Source: Deltaproteobacteria bacterium
Lineage (GTDB): Bacteria > Myxococcota > Kuafuiibacteriia > Kuafuiibacteriales > Kuafuiibacteriaceae
DNA: 64,000 bases
Direction: 5' to 3'
NCBI GenBank assembly: GCA_040218735.1
Contig: JAVJQW010000057.1
Location: forward strand, 96,001-160,000
Part shown: positions 17,685 through 26,876 of the stretch, piece after piece
How the letters are laid out: each line of letters starts with the position of its first letter
Position numbering within the stretch: the stretch's first letter is position 1
Translations under genes and position numbers: made by a program
The notes under the pieces: generated by a model
The model's input: only the letters and a program-made list of their open reading frames with translations
The model's database searches: none
What the model was told of the DNA's origin: nothing

Positions 17685-18935
17685 ATGGACCCGGCGATGG
17701 CGGAAGCCGCCCATCCCCACATCCCGTTCTGGGCGGTGATCCCGTTCGTGCTGATCCTCCTGGGGATCGCCGTTCTGCCCCTCGTCCGCCACCACTGGTG
17801 GGAAGAGAACAAGAACAAGGCGATCTTCGCGGCGATCATCACGGTGCCGACGGTCGGCTACCTGATCACGCTCGACTGGCACATGCTCCTGCACGCCGGT
17901 GAGGAGTACATCTCCTTCATCGCGCTGCTCGGCAGCCTCTACATCGTCTCCGGCGGCATCGTGCTGCGGGGCGAGCTGAAGTCGAGCCCATTCGCCAACT
18001 CCGCGCTGCTCGCGGTGGGGTCGGTGCTCGCGTCGATGATCGGCACGACCGGCGCGTCGATGCTCCTCATCCGCCCGATGCTCCGCGCGAACCGGGTGCG
18101 CGACTACACACGGCACATCCCGATCTTCTTCATCTTCTGCGTGTCGAACGCGGGCGGCCTGCTGACGCCGCTCGGAGACCCGCCGCTGTTCCTCGGCTTC
18201 CTCCGCGGCGTGCCGTTCACGTGGACGTTCCAGCTCCTCCCGGAGTGGGCGTTCGTGAACGCGGTGATCATCGGCATCTTCTTCCTGATCGACTACCGCA
18301 CGGTGCGTGGCTCCGGGACGGCGAAGATCGAACGGCAGCCGGTGAGCCTCGCGGGCGCGCACAACTTCCTGTTCCTCGGGATGGTCGTGGCAAGCGCGGC
18401 GCTGTTGCCGCTGTGGTGGCGCGAAGCCGGCATGGCGATCGCGACGGTGCTCTCGCTGGTGACGACGAAGAAGGACCTGCGCGCAGAGAACGGGTTCACG
18501 TACCACCCGATCGAGGAGGTCGCGATCCTGTTCGCGGGGATCTTCGTGACGATGCAGCCGGCGCTCGGGCTCCTCCAGGAGTACGGCCCGCAGATGGGGC
18601 TCGAGTCGCCGAAGGCGTTCTACGCGGTGACCGGCGTCCTCTCGAGCTTCCTCGACAACGCGCCGACCTACGTCACCTTCTTCACCGTCGCGCAGTCGCT
18701 CCCGCCGGGCGACATGACCGTCGTCGCGGGGGTCCCGGAGCCGTACCTGATCGCCATCTCGCTCGGCGCGGTCTTCATGGGTGCGAACACCTACATCGGG
18801 AACGGCCCCAACTTCATGGTGAAGTCGATCTGCGACGAGTCGGGTTTTCAGACCCCGACGTTCTTCGGCTACATGGCCTGGTCGTTCGGCATCCTCGGCC
18901 CGATCTGGCTCCTCGTCGCCTTCCTGTTCGTCTGA
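17685..18935 (+). CDS. Ion-transporter superfamily membrane protein (putative Na+/H+ antiporter)
   Basis: Multi-TM protein; IGTTGASMLLIRP, NAGGLLTPLGDPPLFLGFL, SSFLDNAPTY and GANTYIGNGPNFMVK motifs. Confidence 0.85.
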   Translation: MDPAMAEAAHPHIPFWAVIPFVLILLGIAVLPLVRHHWWEENKNKAIFAAIITVPTVGYLITLDWHMLLHAGEEYISFIALLGSLYIVSGGIVLRGELKSSPFANSALLAVGSVLASMIGTTGASMLLIRPMLRANRVRDYTRHIPIFFIFCVSNAGGLLTPLGDPPLFLGFLRGVPFTWTFQLLPEWAFVNAVIIGIFFLIDYRTVRGSGTAKIERQPVSLAGAHNFLFLGMVVASAALLPLWWREAGMAIATVLSLVTTKKDLRAENGFTYHPIEEVAILFAGIFVTMQPALGLLQEYGPQMGLESPKAFYAVTGVLSSFLDNAPTYVTFFTVAQSLPPGDMTVVAGVPEPYLIAISLGAVFMGANTYIGNGPNFMVKSICDESGFQTPTFFGYMAWSFGILGPIWLLVAFLFV

Positions 18936-18940
18936 GCAGT

Positions 18941-19071
18941 CTTCAGGCTTCAGCCGTCAGCCGGCAGCCGGCAGCCGGCAGCGCGGACCCGTGCCCCTGC
19001 GTCCCGCGGCCCCAACCAGGGACGGCCGCAGGTCGGGCTGCGGGCTGCAAGCTGAAGGCTGCCAGCTAAAC
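18941..19071. repeat. Heptamer-periodic inverted repeat
   Basis: Six NNNCAG(C/G) heptamers (18941-18982) face five GCT(G/A)NNN heptamers (19037-19071). Confidence 0.7.
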
Positions 19072-19072
19072 C

Positions 19073-19088
19073 GATTGACGAATCAATC
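19073..19088. promoter_or_regulatory. Operator-like palindrome upstream of fadI-fadJ
   Basis: GATTGA-CGAA-TCAATC perfect inverted repeat, AT-rich, containing a TTGACG -35-like hexamer. Confidence 0.6.
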
Positions 19089-19127
19089 ACCAGGAGCGAC
19101 AACGCAATGCGTCACCAAGGAGGCTCC

Positions 19128-20432
19128 ATGGTCCATTCCGTCGAAACCCCCACCTCACTCCCGCGCGTCGCGATCGTCGCCGGACTTCGGACGCCGTTCG
19201 CCAAGATGGGCACGGCCTACGCGAAGCTGTCCGCGCTCGACCTCGGCACCGAAGCGGTGCGCGAGCTCATGACGCGCTCCGCGTTGAAACCCGTCGATCT
19301 CGACCTCGTCGTCTACGGCCAGGTCGTCCCGTCGCTCGTCGGCCCGAACGTCGCGCGCGAGGTCGCGCTGCGGCTCGACCTGCCGAAGAGCGTCGACGCC
19401 TTCTCCGTCACGCGCGCCTGCGCGACGAGCACGCAGGCCACCGCCTCCGCGGTGATGGCGATCCAGACCGGCCAAGCGCAGATCGCGATCGCCGGCGGCG
19501 CCGACTCCGCGAGCGACGTCCCGATCACTGTGAGCAAGGGCCTCGCCGAGGCGCTGATCACCGCGTCGCAGGCGAAGAAACCCGCCGACAAGCTCAAGGC
19601 GTTCTCGAAGCTCGCCCCGAAGGATCTCCTCCCCACGCCGCCCGCGCTGCGCGAGCTGTCGACCGGCCTCACGATGGGTGAGTCCGCGGAGAAGATGGCA
19701 CAGGAGAACGGCATCACCCGCGAGGCGCAGGACGCCTTCGCCCACCGCAGCCACACCCTCGCCGCGAAGGCGTACGCCGAGGGCATCTTCGCCGACGAGG
19801 TCATGACGGTGCGGGCCCCGCCGAAGTACGCCGGCTACGGCGAGGACAACCTCGTCCGCAAGGACTCCACGCTGGAGGGCTACGCGAAGCTGCGCCCCGT
19901 CTTCGACAAGAAGTACGGGACGATCACCGCCGGGAACAGCTCCCCGCTCACCGACGGCGCTTCGGCGCTGCTGCTGATGCGCGAGGATGTCGCGAAGGCG
20001 CTCGGCTACACGCCGCTCGCGTTCGTGAAGTCGTACGCGTTCGCCGCGCTCGACCCGAACGAGCAGCTGCTGATGGGCCCGGCCTACGCGAGCCCGCGCG
20101 CGATGGACGCCGCAGGTGTCACGATGAAGGACCTCGATGTCGTCGACATGCACGAGGCCTTCGCCGCGCAGATGTTGTCGAACCTGCAGGCGTTTGCGTC
20201 GAAGAAGTGGGCCGAGGAGAAGCTCGGTCGCAGCGAAGCGATCGGCGAGATCGACGACGCGAAGCTCAACCTCTACGGCGGCTCGATCTCACTCGGGCAC
20301 CCGTTCGCAGCGACCGGCGTCCGTCAGATCAACACGGTCGCGCGCGAGCTATCGCGCCGCGGCGGCGGGCTTGGGCTCGTCACGCAGTGCGCCGCCGGCG
20401 GCCTCGGCGCCGCGATGATCCTGGAAGGCTGA
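19128..20432 (+). CDS. fadI: Acetyl-CoA C-acyltransferase (3-ketoacyl-CoA thiolase)
   Basis: AAGGAGG SD then ATG 19128. GLRTPF, RACATS (catalytic Cys), GNSSPLTDGA, HEAFA, GHPFAATG and CAAGG motifs; directly upstream of the fadJ-type gene. Confidence 0.92.
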   Translation: MVHSVETPTSLPRVAIVAGLRTPFAKMGTAYAKLSALDLGTEAVRELMTRSALKPVDLDLVVYGQVVPSLVGPNVAREVALRLDLPKSVDAFSVTRACATSTQATASAVMAIQTGQAQIAIAGGADSASDVPITVSKGLAEALITASQAKKPADKLKAFSKLAPKDLLPTPPALRELSTGLTMGESAEKMAQENGITREAQDAFAHRSHTLAAKAYAEGIFADEVMTVRAPPKYAGYGEDNLVRKDSTLEGYAKLRPVFDKKYGTITAGNSSPLTDGASALLLMREDVAKALGYTPLAFVKSYAFAALDPNEQLLMGPAYASPRAMDAAGVTMKDLDVVDMHEAFAAQMLSNLQAFASKKWAEEKLGRSEAIGEIDDAKLNLYGGSISLGHPFAATGVRQINTVARELSRRGGGLGLVTQCAAGGLGAAMILEG

Positions 20433-20443
20433 AGGAGCAAGAC

Positions 20444-22618
20444 ATGAGTCAGCAAAAACGAGCCATCACCCTCGAGACGCGCGACGACGGCGTCGGCGTC
20501 ATCGTCATCGACATCCCCGGCAAGGTGCAGAACACCCTCGGCCGAAGCCTCGAAGAAGAGTTCGTGCGCGTCCGCGCCGAAGTCGAGCGCGCCGGCTGCA
20601 AGGCCGTCGTGATCACGTCCGGCAAGGAGACTTCGTTCATCGCCGGCGCCGACATCGAGATGATCCAGGAGATCAAGACCGAGGCCGACGCCTTCGAGGG
20701 CTCGCGCCGCCTGCAGCGCGCCTTCGACGAATTCGAAGAGGCCAAGATCCCGTACGTCGCGGCCATCCACGGCGCGTGCCTCGGCGGCGGGATGGAGCTC
20801 GCCCTCGCCTGCCGCGGGCGCGTCGCGTCGAACCACGGCAAGACGAAGCTCGGCCTCCCCGAAGTGCAGCTCGGCCTGCTCCCGGGCGCCGGCGGCACGC
20901 AGCGCCTGCCGCGCCTCGTCGGCGTGGAGGCCGCGCTCGACCTCCTCCTCACCGGCAAGCAGCTCGACGCCCGCCGCGCCAAGAAGATCGGGCTCGTGGA
21001 CGAAGTCGTTCCGCGCGCGATCCTCGTCGACGCCGCCGCGAAGCTCGCGCTGAAGCTCGCCGCCGAGCACAAGAGCAAGTCGTTCGCGGACCGCCTCAAC
21101 GACTTCGCCGATCCGAAGGCCCTGCGGGAGCTCGCGCTCGCGAAGAACCCGGTCGGCCTCAACATCGTCTTCTCGCAAGCCGAGAAGACGCTGCGGAAGA
21201 AGGCCGGTGACCACTACCCCGCGCCGTTCGAGATCCTGGAGGTCGTCAAACACGGGCTGGAGAAGGGCCTCGAGAAGGGCCTCGAGCGCGAGGCGAAGGG
21301 CTTCGCGAAGCTCGTGATGACCGACGTGTCGCGCCGCCTGATCGACGTGTTCTTCGCGCAGACCGCGCTCAAGAAGGACAACGGGACACGCGCCGGAAAC
21401 GTGCAGCCGCGCGAGGTGACGAACATCGGCGTCCTCGGCAGCGGGATCATGGGTCACGGCATCGCGTACGTGACGACCGGGCGCGCGAAGATCCCGGTGC
21501 GCATGAAGGACCGCGACGACGCCTCCGTCGCGCGCGGGCTCTCCGCGGTGCACGACATCGTGCAGGGGCGCGCCAAGAAGAAGCGCATGACCAGGCAGGA
21601 GGCGACCGAGCAGCTGATGCGGCTGTCCGGCACGACCGACTACTCCGGGTTCGCGCAGTGCGAGATGGTGATCGAAGCAGTCTTCGAGGACCTCGGCGTG
21701 AAACACGCCGTGCTGAAGGAGATCGAGGCGGTCTGCAAGCCGGACACGATCTTCGCGTCGAACACGTCGTCCATCCCGATCACCCAGATCGCGGAGGGCG
21801 CGCAGCGGCCCGAGAACGTGATCGGGATGCACTACTTCTCGCCGGTCCACAAGATGCCGTTGCTCGAGGTGATTCGCACGAAGCACACGAGCGACGAAGC
21901 GATCGCGACCACCGTCGACATCGGCAAGAAGCAGGGCAAGACGGTCATCGTCGTGAACGACGGCACCGGCTTCTACACGAGCCGCATCCTCGGCCCGTAC
22001 ATGAACGAAGCCGCGTGGCTCCTCTCCGAGGGGGTGCCGGTCGAAGTCATCGACCGCGCTTCGAAAGCGTGGGGCTTCCCGGTCGGTCCGATCACGTTGC
22101 TCGACGAGGTCGGCATCGACACCGCAGCGAAGGTCTCGAAGGTCGCGCTCGCGGCGTTCGGCGACCGCATGGACACCCCCGGCAGCCTCGACAAACTCGT
22201 GGCCGACGGTCGCACCGGGCGTAAGGGCAAGAAGGGCTTCTACGTCTACAGCGACAAGAAGGGTAAGAAGAAGGAGGTCGACGCGAGCGTCTACGGCGTC
22301 ATCGGCGTGAAGCCGAACGAAAAGAAGTCGTACGATGAAAAGGCGCTCGGCGAGCGCATGGGTCTGCAGATGGTCGCGGAGGCGATTCGCTGCTTCGAGG
22401 AGGAGATCCTCCGTCACCCGCGCGACGGCGACATCGGCGCCATCTTCGGCCTCGGCTTCCCGCCCTTCACCGGCGGGCCGTTCCGCTACGCGGACGCCAT
22501 CGGCCCGGCGGAGCTGCTGCGCCGCCTCCGCGCGCTCGAAGAACAACACGGCAAGCGCTTCGCACCGCCCGCGCTGCTCGTGGAGCGCGCGAAGAGCGGG
22601 CGTCGTTTCCACGACTGA
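20444..22618 (+). CDS. fadJ: Fatty acid oxidation complex alpha subunit (enoyl-CoA hydratase / 3-hydroxyacyl-CoA dehydrogenase)
   Basis: AAGGAG SD then ATG 20444. FIAGADI, CLGGGMELAL, LPEVQLGLLPGAGGTQRLP, GSGIMG, EAVFED, SNTSS, GMHYFSP and GLGFPPF motifs. Confidence 0.93.
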   Translation: MSQQKRAITLETRDDGVGVIVIDIPGKVQNTLGRSLEEEFVRVRAEVERAGCKAVVITSGKETSFIAGADIEMIQEIKTEADAFEGSRRLQRAFDEFEEAKIPYVAAIHGACLGGGMELALACRGRVASNHGKTKLGLPEVQLGLLPGAGGTQRLPRLVGVEAALDLLLTGKQLDARRAKKIGLVDEVVPRAILVDAAAKLALKLAAEHKSKSFADRLNDFADPKALRELALAKNPVGLNIVFSQAEKTLRKKAGDHYPAPFEILEVVKHGLEKGLEKGLEREAKGFAKLVMTDVSRRLIDVFFAQTALKKDNGTRAGNVQPREVTNIGVLGSGIMGHGIAYVTTGRAKIPVRMKDRDDASVARGLSAVHDIVQGRAKKKRMTRQEATEQLMRLSGTTDYSGFAQCEMVIEAVFEDLGVKHAVLKEIEAVCKPDTIFASNTSSIPITQIAEGAQRPENVIGMHYFSPVHKMPLLEVIRTKHTSDEAIATTVDIGKKQGKTVIVVNDGTGFYTSRILGPYMNEAAWLLSEGVPVEVIDRASKAWGFPVGPITLLDEVGIDTAAKVSKVALAAFGDRMDTPGSLDKLVADGRTGRKGKKGFYVYSDKKGKKKEVDASVYGVIGVKPNEKKSYDEKALGERMGLQMVAEAIRCFEEEILRHPRDGDIGAIFGLGFPPFTGGPFRYADAIGPAELLRRLRALEEQHGKRFAPPALLVERAKSGRRFHD

Positions 22619-22626
22619 ATCGAGGT

Positions 22627-22650
22627 GCGGCGCCGCACCCGCGGCGCCGC
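22627..22650. terminator. GC-rich hairpin between convergent genes
   Basis: GCGGCGCCGC-ACCC-GCGGCGCCGC lies between stops 22618 (+) and 22652 (-); no U-tract. Confidence 0.35.
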
Positions 22651-22651
22651 C

Positions 22652-23296
22652 TCACTCCACGCTCGCGTAGAGCTCCACGTCCACACCCGAGCTGTCGATC
22701 GGCGTCAACCAGGGTTGCGGCGGCACGGGCAGGTTCACCGCACAGATCCGAATCGGACGCGCACGAGCGATGTCGCGCAGCGCCGCGAAGGTCTCCGCGA
22801 TTCGGTCGCCGCCGAACGGGCAGTACAGGAAGAAGACCGTCCCGATCTCCATCGAGGGGAGGGTCTCGACGGCGTCGCCGACCACGGTCGGCGCACGTGT
22901 CAGGCGCAGCCGCGCCGAGAGACGCTCCGCAGCGCGCGCGAGGTGCGGCTGGATCTCCAGCCCGACACAGCCCGCGCCGGTGACGAGGTGCACGAGCGCC
23001 GTGACGCGGCCGGCGCCCGAGCCGATGTCGACGAAGACGTCGCCCTCGGTCACGCCCAGCTCCGCGACGACACGAAGCACCGTGGACGTCGCGCACGGGA
23101 GATAACCGACGCACCCGCGCGGTAGGCTCTGGTCCTCCGCGATCCCGTCGAGGCCGAAGACCTCGTCGACCCACGCGTCGCGCACCTCGGTCGGCACCTG
23201 GCGTAGCGCTTCGACGAACACGTCGCGCCGCGCGGGTCCCCGCCCCGCGAGGGCCTGTCGTACCCGCCGCGCGCTCGCGCGGTGCGCCGCGCGCAT
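22652..23296 (-). CDS. Class I SAM-dependent methyltransferase (DOT1-like motif arrangement)
   Basis: VGYLP, VFVDIGSGAGRV, GLEI, VGDA and FFLYCPF motifs. Confidence 0.8.
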   Translation of the reverse strand: MRAAHRASARRVRQALAGRGPARRDVFVEALRQVPTEVRDAWVDEVFGLDGIAEDQSLPRGCVGYLPCATSTVLRVVAELGVTEGDVFVDIGSGAGRVTALVHLVTGAGCVGLEIQPHLARAAERLSARLRLTRAPTVVGDAVETLPSMEIGTVFFLYCPFGGDRIAETFAALRDIARARPIRICAVNLPVPPQPWLTPIDSSGVDVELYASVE

Positions 23297-23298
23297 CG

Positions 23299-24162
23299 TC
23301 AGGCCTCCTCGATGATCACGTCGGCGTCGACGTGCACCACGGCGTTCACGACGTCGCCCTCCTCACGCAGGCGCCGTTCGATGGTCTCGCCGAGGTCGTG
23401 CGCCGCGCCCACCGTGAGCGACGGGTCGACGAAGATCTCCACCCACACGTCCAGATCGTCGCCGAGGTGCCGCGCGCGTAGCGCGCCCACGCGACGTACC
23501 CCCTCGACCGACGCGACGACCTCCCGCAAGGCAGCTTGCCGCTCCTCATCGGGCGCCGCCCCCATCAACAGCTGCGTGCTCTCCCACCCGAGCATGAGCC
23601 CGGAGGCGAAGATCCACAGCCCGACCGGGACCGCGAGGTACGCGTCGAGGTGCGACCACCCCTGGTACTTCGCAGCGAAGAAGCCGACCAACGACAGCCC
23701 ACCGAGGAGCGCGTCGTTGCGCGCGTCGATCGAGAACGCGCGCATCGCCTGCGACCGCTTCGCGCGGCCCGCGAAGACCATCAGCGCCAGCTTCAGCAGC
23801 ACCTTGGCCGCGAGCACCGACGCGAAGCGCCACCCGAACGTGACCTCGTCCGGCGAACGAATCGCGCCGACCGCCGAACCCAACACCTCGACCGCGAGGA
23901 CACCGACCAACACCGCGACCACGAGCGCGGCGACGGGCTGCGCGGTATGGTGTCCGAACGGATGTGAGGCGTCGGCGGGGCGGCGGCTCACCCTCAGCGC
24001 GAACAGGAGCGCGCCGCCCGTGAGCGCATCGGCGAGGCTGTCGACCGTTTGCGCGAGCGCGAGCTCGCTCTGGCCCCCGAGGTACGCCGCGCCGAGGAGG
24101 ATGAAGAGCGCGACGCTCAGCGCGATCGAAACCGCGAGCAGGCGCGCGCCAGCGTCCTTCAC
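23299..24162 (-). CDS. Cation diffusion facilitator transporter (FieF-like)
   Basis: DSLAD, PADASHPFGH, DARND, RARHLG, AHD and VHVD motifs; six TMs. Confidence 0.9.
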   Translation of the reverse strand: MKDAGARLLAVSIALSVALFILLGAAYLGGQSELALAQTVDSLADALTGGALLFALRVSRRPADASHPFGHHTAQPVAALVVAVLVGVLAVEVLGSAVGAIRSPDEVTFGWRFASVLAAKVLLKLALMVFAGRAKRSQAMRAFSIDARNDALLGGLSLVGFFAAKYQGWSHLDAYLAVPVGLWIFASGLMLGWESTQLLMGAAPDEERQAALREVVASVEGVRRVGALRARHLGDDLDVWVEIFVDPSLTVGAAHDLGETIERRLREEGDVVNAVVHVDADVIIEEA

Positions 24163-24195
24163 GGCATGGCGTTTACCAAAGGCGTGACGTCTGCG

Positions 24196-26787
24196 TCACG
24201 ACGTCGCGCGACGACGGCGGACCCACAACACCAGGCCGAGCCCGAGCAGCCACACCGAAGCGCTCGGGTTGTTCCCGACGACCGCCGCGCAACCGCCCGG
24301 CTCGCCCCCCGGACGCTCGATCGGTGGCTCGACGACCCGAATGGACAGCGCGCGCTGCGCGGTGCGGCCCTCCTGATCCATCACGCGGACCAGGAGCGAC
24401 GCCTCGCCGGAGCTCATCGGCGTTCCGACGATGCGGAACGAACCGTCCGCGTTGGTGTCGCCGAGCAGCCCCTGCGGAAGTGCCCCCTCCACGACGTCCC
24501 AGACGTAGGGCGCCGCGCCGCCTTCCGCGTCGATGAGCGCCGCGTAGGCTTCACCGACGGTGCCGGCCGGGAGCGACGCGGTGACGATCTCCAGCGCGCC
24601 GTCGTCGCGGATGTCGATCGTGACGGCGTCGACGTCGCGACCCGCCACGCCCGTGGCGACCGAGTCGCGGACCCGAACGCCGAAGTAGTAACGCCCGGCG
24701 ACGCGCGGCGTGCCTTCGAGGAGGCCCGACGGGTCGAGGGTGAGGCCCGGCGGGAGCGTTCCGAACTCCGTCGTGAACACGTACGGCGCGACGCCGCCCA
24801 TCGCTTCGAACTGGTGAGCGAAGGACTCGCCGATGCGCCCGTCGGGGACGGCCTGCGTGACGAACGAGAGCTGACCCGATTCGATGACCTGCAACATGAA
24901 GACACGTTCGGCGGTCGACGTGCCGTCCGACGCCGTGACCGTGACCTCGAACGTCCCGACCTCGTACGGCGTCCCGACGACACGGCCGGTTTCGAGCATC
25001 ATGAGCGCGTCGGGCAGCCCTGTCGCGGACCAGGTGAACGTCCCGCCCTCACCGCCGGTCGCTACGAACGCGAGGTCGTACTCACGCCCGACGACGCCGA
25101 CCGGGACGCCGCGCGTGACGATCGTCAGCGGCTCCGCGGGATCCGCGACGCACAGCATGAAGGCCTGCTCGTCGGTACCGACGCCGTCCGCGGCGCGCAC
25201 CGTGAACGACTCGCATCCGACGTCGCTGGGGCGACCGAAGATCTCGCCCGTCGTTTCGACGATCCCGAGCCCGTCGGGGAGCTGCCCCGCCTCGATGGTG
25301 AATGCGAGCGGGCCCTCGGCGCCGAGGGTCTGGATCAGCGCGAGGTAGGGGACGGAGGCGAGCGGCTGCGGGAGGCGCGTCGTGACGATCGCGATTCCGT
25401 TGCCGCGGATGTCGATCGGGTTCGGCGCGGCTGCGGCGTTGTTGCTGCGGGACAGCTCGTCCTGCGTGCGCGCCGGATCCGCGACGACGCCGATCGTGTA
25501 GCGCCCACTCGCGATGCCCGAGGGGATCATCGCGTCGAACGTGACCTGCCGGACCTCGCCGGCGGCCAACGTGACCGGCTGGCGCGTCAGCTCGAGGTCG
25601 CCCGCGGTCACCGCGGGGTTCGAGGACAAAAAGACACCGACGTCGGCGGCCGCGCCCATGTCGGCGCCGACGTTCTCGAGTCGCGCCGTCACACGAATCA
25701 CGTCGCCGGCGGCCGCGGTGGTGGCGTCGACGGCGACGGCCTGCACCGCGACGTCCGGTTCCCCGCGGATGAAGCGCGAGCTGGTGACGACGACGTTGTT
25801 GTCCTCGTCGAACTCTGCGAGCGCGTCACCGGAGTCCGCGAACACGACGAGCGCCGCGGTCCCGACGCCGACGCTCGTGGGAGCGACGACCGGCACCGTG
25901 ACGATGCTCGTGGCGTACGCCGGCACGTCGACCTGCGCGACGCCCGCGGAGACGCCATTGCCGACGGTACCGTTCGGCGAGACGAACACCTCGACGTCGA
26001 TCGGCCCGGTGACGACACCGTGGCGGTTCGTGACCTCCACGTCGACGGTGCGGGCGACACCCAGCGGGATGAACGCGGGGGCGACGACGTCGGTCACCTC
26101 GATCTCGACGCCCGGGTCCTGGACGACGGTGATGCGGGTCCCGGACAGCGCGGTGAAGTCGGCGCCGGTGCAGTTCGTCGTGCAGGTGCGGAACAAGATC
26201 TCGCGTCCGCCCATGTCGTCCTCCATCGCCATCGTCGCGGACGCGGAGCTGACGCCCTGGTTCGGGCCGTAGTCGATCTCGATGCGCCCGGCCGAGCCCT
26301 CGTAGAGGCGAACCTGGAAGCTGACGAGATCGGCGGGGGAGCAGCCGCTGATGTTGAGGCGCTTCCACTCGAACACCGCGACGCGCGCCGGCGCCGTCCC
26401 GAGGATGGAGTAACCAAGCGAGCCGTTGTCGGCGGTGCAGAACTGCGAGGTATCCCAGAAGGGGGCGATCCAACCGTTCGGCGTGCTCGTAGATCCGGGG
26501 GTGGCGTTGACGTTGGAGACGGTCGATCCGGCGCCCATGATCATCGCCCCGTCGGTCCCGAAGCTCACGGAGTTGTACGTCCGGTCGTAGAAGAGGAAGT
26601 CGAACGGGAGGTTCACGTCGCCCGTGCTGGTCAGGGTGTTCGTGAACAGGACCGTCGGGCTCGTCAGCTCCGTATAGGTGATGGGCTGGGAGAAGCGGAC
26701 ATAGGGCGTGCCCGGTACGAGCTGGGCCAACGCCGTGGAGGGCAGCGCGAGCGCGCCGAGGGTCACCAGGGATGCGAATCGGTTCAT
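24196..26787 (-). CDS. Large surface protein with CARDB-like and putative Ig repeats and a MYXO-CTERM-like anchor
   Basis: Signal MNRFASLVTLGALALPSTALA-Q (ATG 26787); AEFDEDNN and DELSRSNN (CARDB-like); four Ig-like repeats of the LPxG(L)...I/VxGxP type; C-terminal GGC-AAV...WLLGLGLVLWVRRRR. Confidence 0.85.
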   Translation of the reverse strand: MNRFASLVTLGALALPSTALAQLVPGTPYVRFSQPITYTELTSPTVLFTNTLTSTGDVNLPFDFLFYDRTYNSVSFGTDGAMIMGAGSTVSNVNATPGSTSTPNGWIAPFWDTSQFCTADNGSLGYSILGTAPARVAVFEWKRLNISGCSPADLVSFQVRLYEGSAGRIEIDYGPNQGVSSASATMAMEDDMGGREILFRTCTTNCTGADFTALSGTRITVVQDPGVEIEVTDVVAPAFIPLGVARTVDVEVTNRHGVVTGPIDVEVFVSPNGTVGNGVSAGVAQVDVPAYATSIVTVPVVAPTSVGVGTAALVVFADSGDALAEFDEDNNVVVTSSRFIRGEPDVAVQAVAVDATTAAAGDVIRVTARLENVGADMGAAADVGVFLSSNPAVTAGDLELTRQPVTLAAGEVRQVTFDAMIPSGIASGRYTIGVVADPARTQDELSRSNNAAAAPNPIDIRGNGIAIVTTRLPQPLASVPYLALIQTLGAEGPLAFTIEAGQLPDGLGIVETTGEIFGRPSDVGCESFTVRAADGVGTDEQAFMLCVADPAEPLTIVTRGVPVGVVGREYDLAFVATGGEGGTFTWSATGLPDALMMLETGRVVGTPYEVGTFEVTVTASDGTSTAERVFMLQVIESGQLSFVTQAVPDGRIGESFAHQFEAMGGVAPYVFTTEFGTLPPGLTLDPSGLLEGTPRVAGRYYFGVRVRDSVATGVAGRDVDAVTIDIRDDGALEIVTASLPAGTVGEAYAALIDAEGGAAPYVWDVVEGALPQGLLGDTNADGSFRIVGTPMSSGEASLLVRVMDQEGRTAQRALSIRVVEPPIERPGGEPGGCAAVVGNNPSASVWLLGLGLVLWVRRRRATS

Positions 26788-26876
26788 TTCACCCCCAACG
26801 TTCCCGGCGGTCGCGAATTCCTTCACCACCTCCTGAGAACTCGCCCCGCCCGATGGGGCCTGGTATCGTCCACTGT

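Noticed and set aside
19075-19086. TTGA...TCAA as an FNR box
   Set aside because: The spacer is 4 nt, whereas FNR/CRP sites need TTGA-N6-TCAA. Kept as a generic operator instead.
21254-21290. Short tandem repeat encoding GLEKGLEKGLE in fadJ
   Set aside because: In-frame helical segment typical of this region of the protein family; not a contingency locus.
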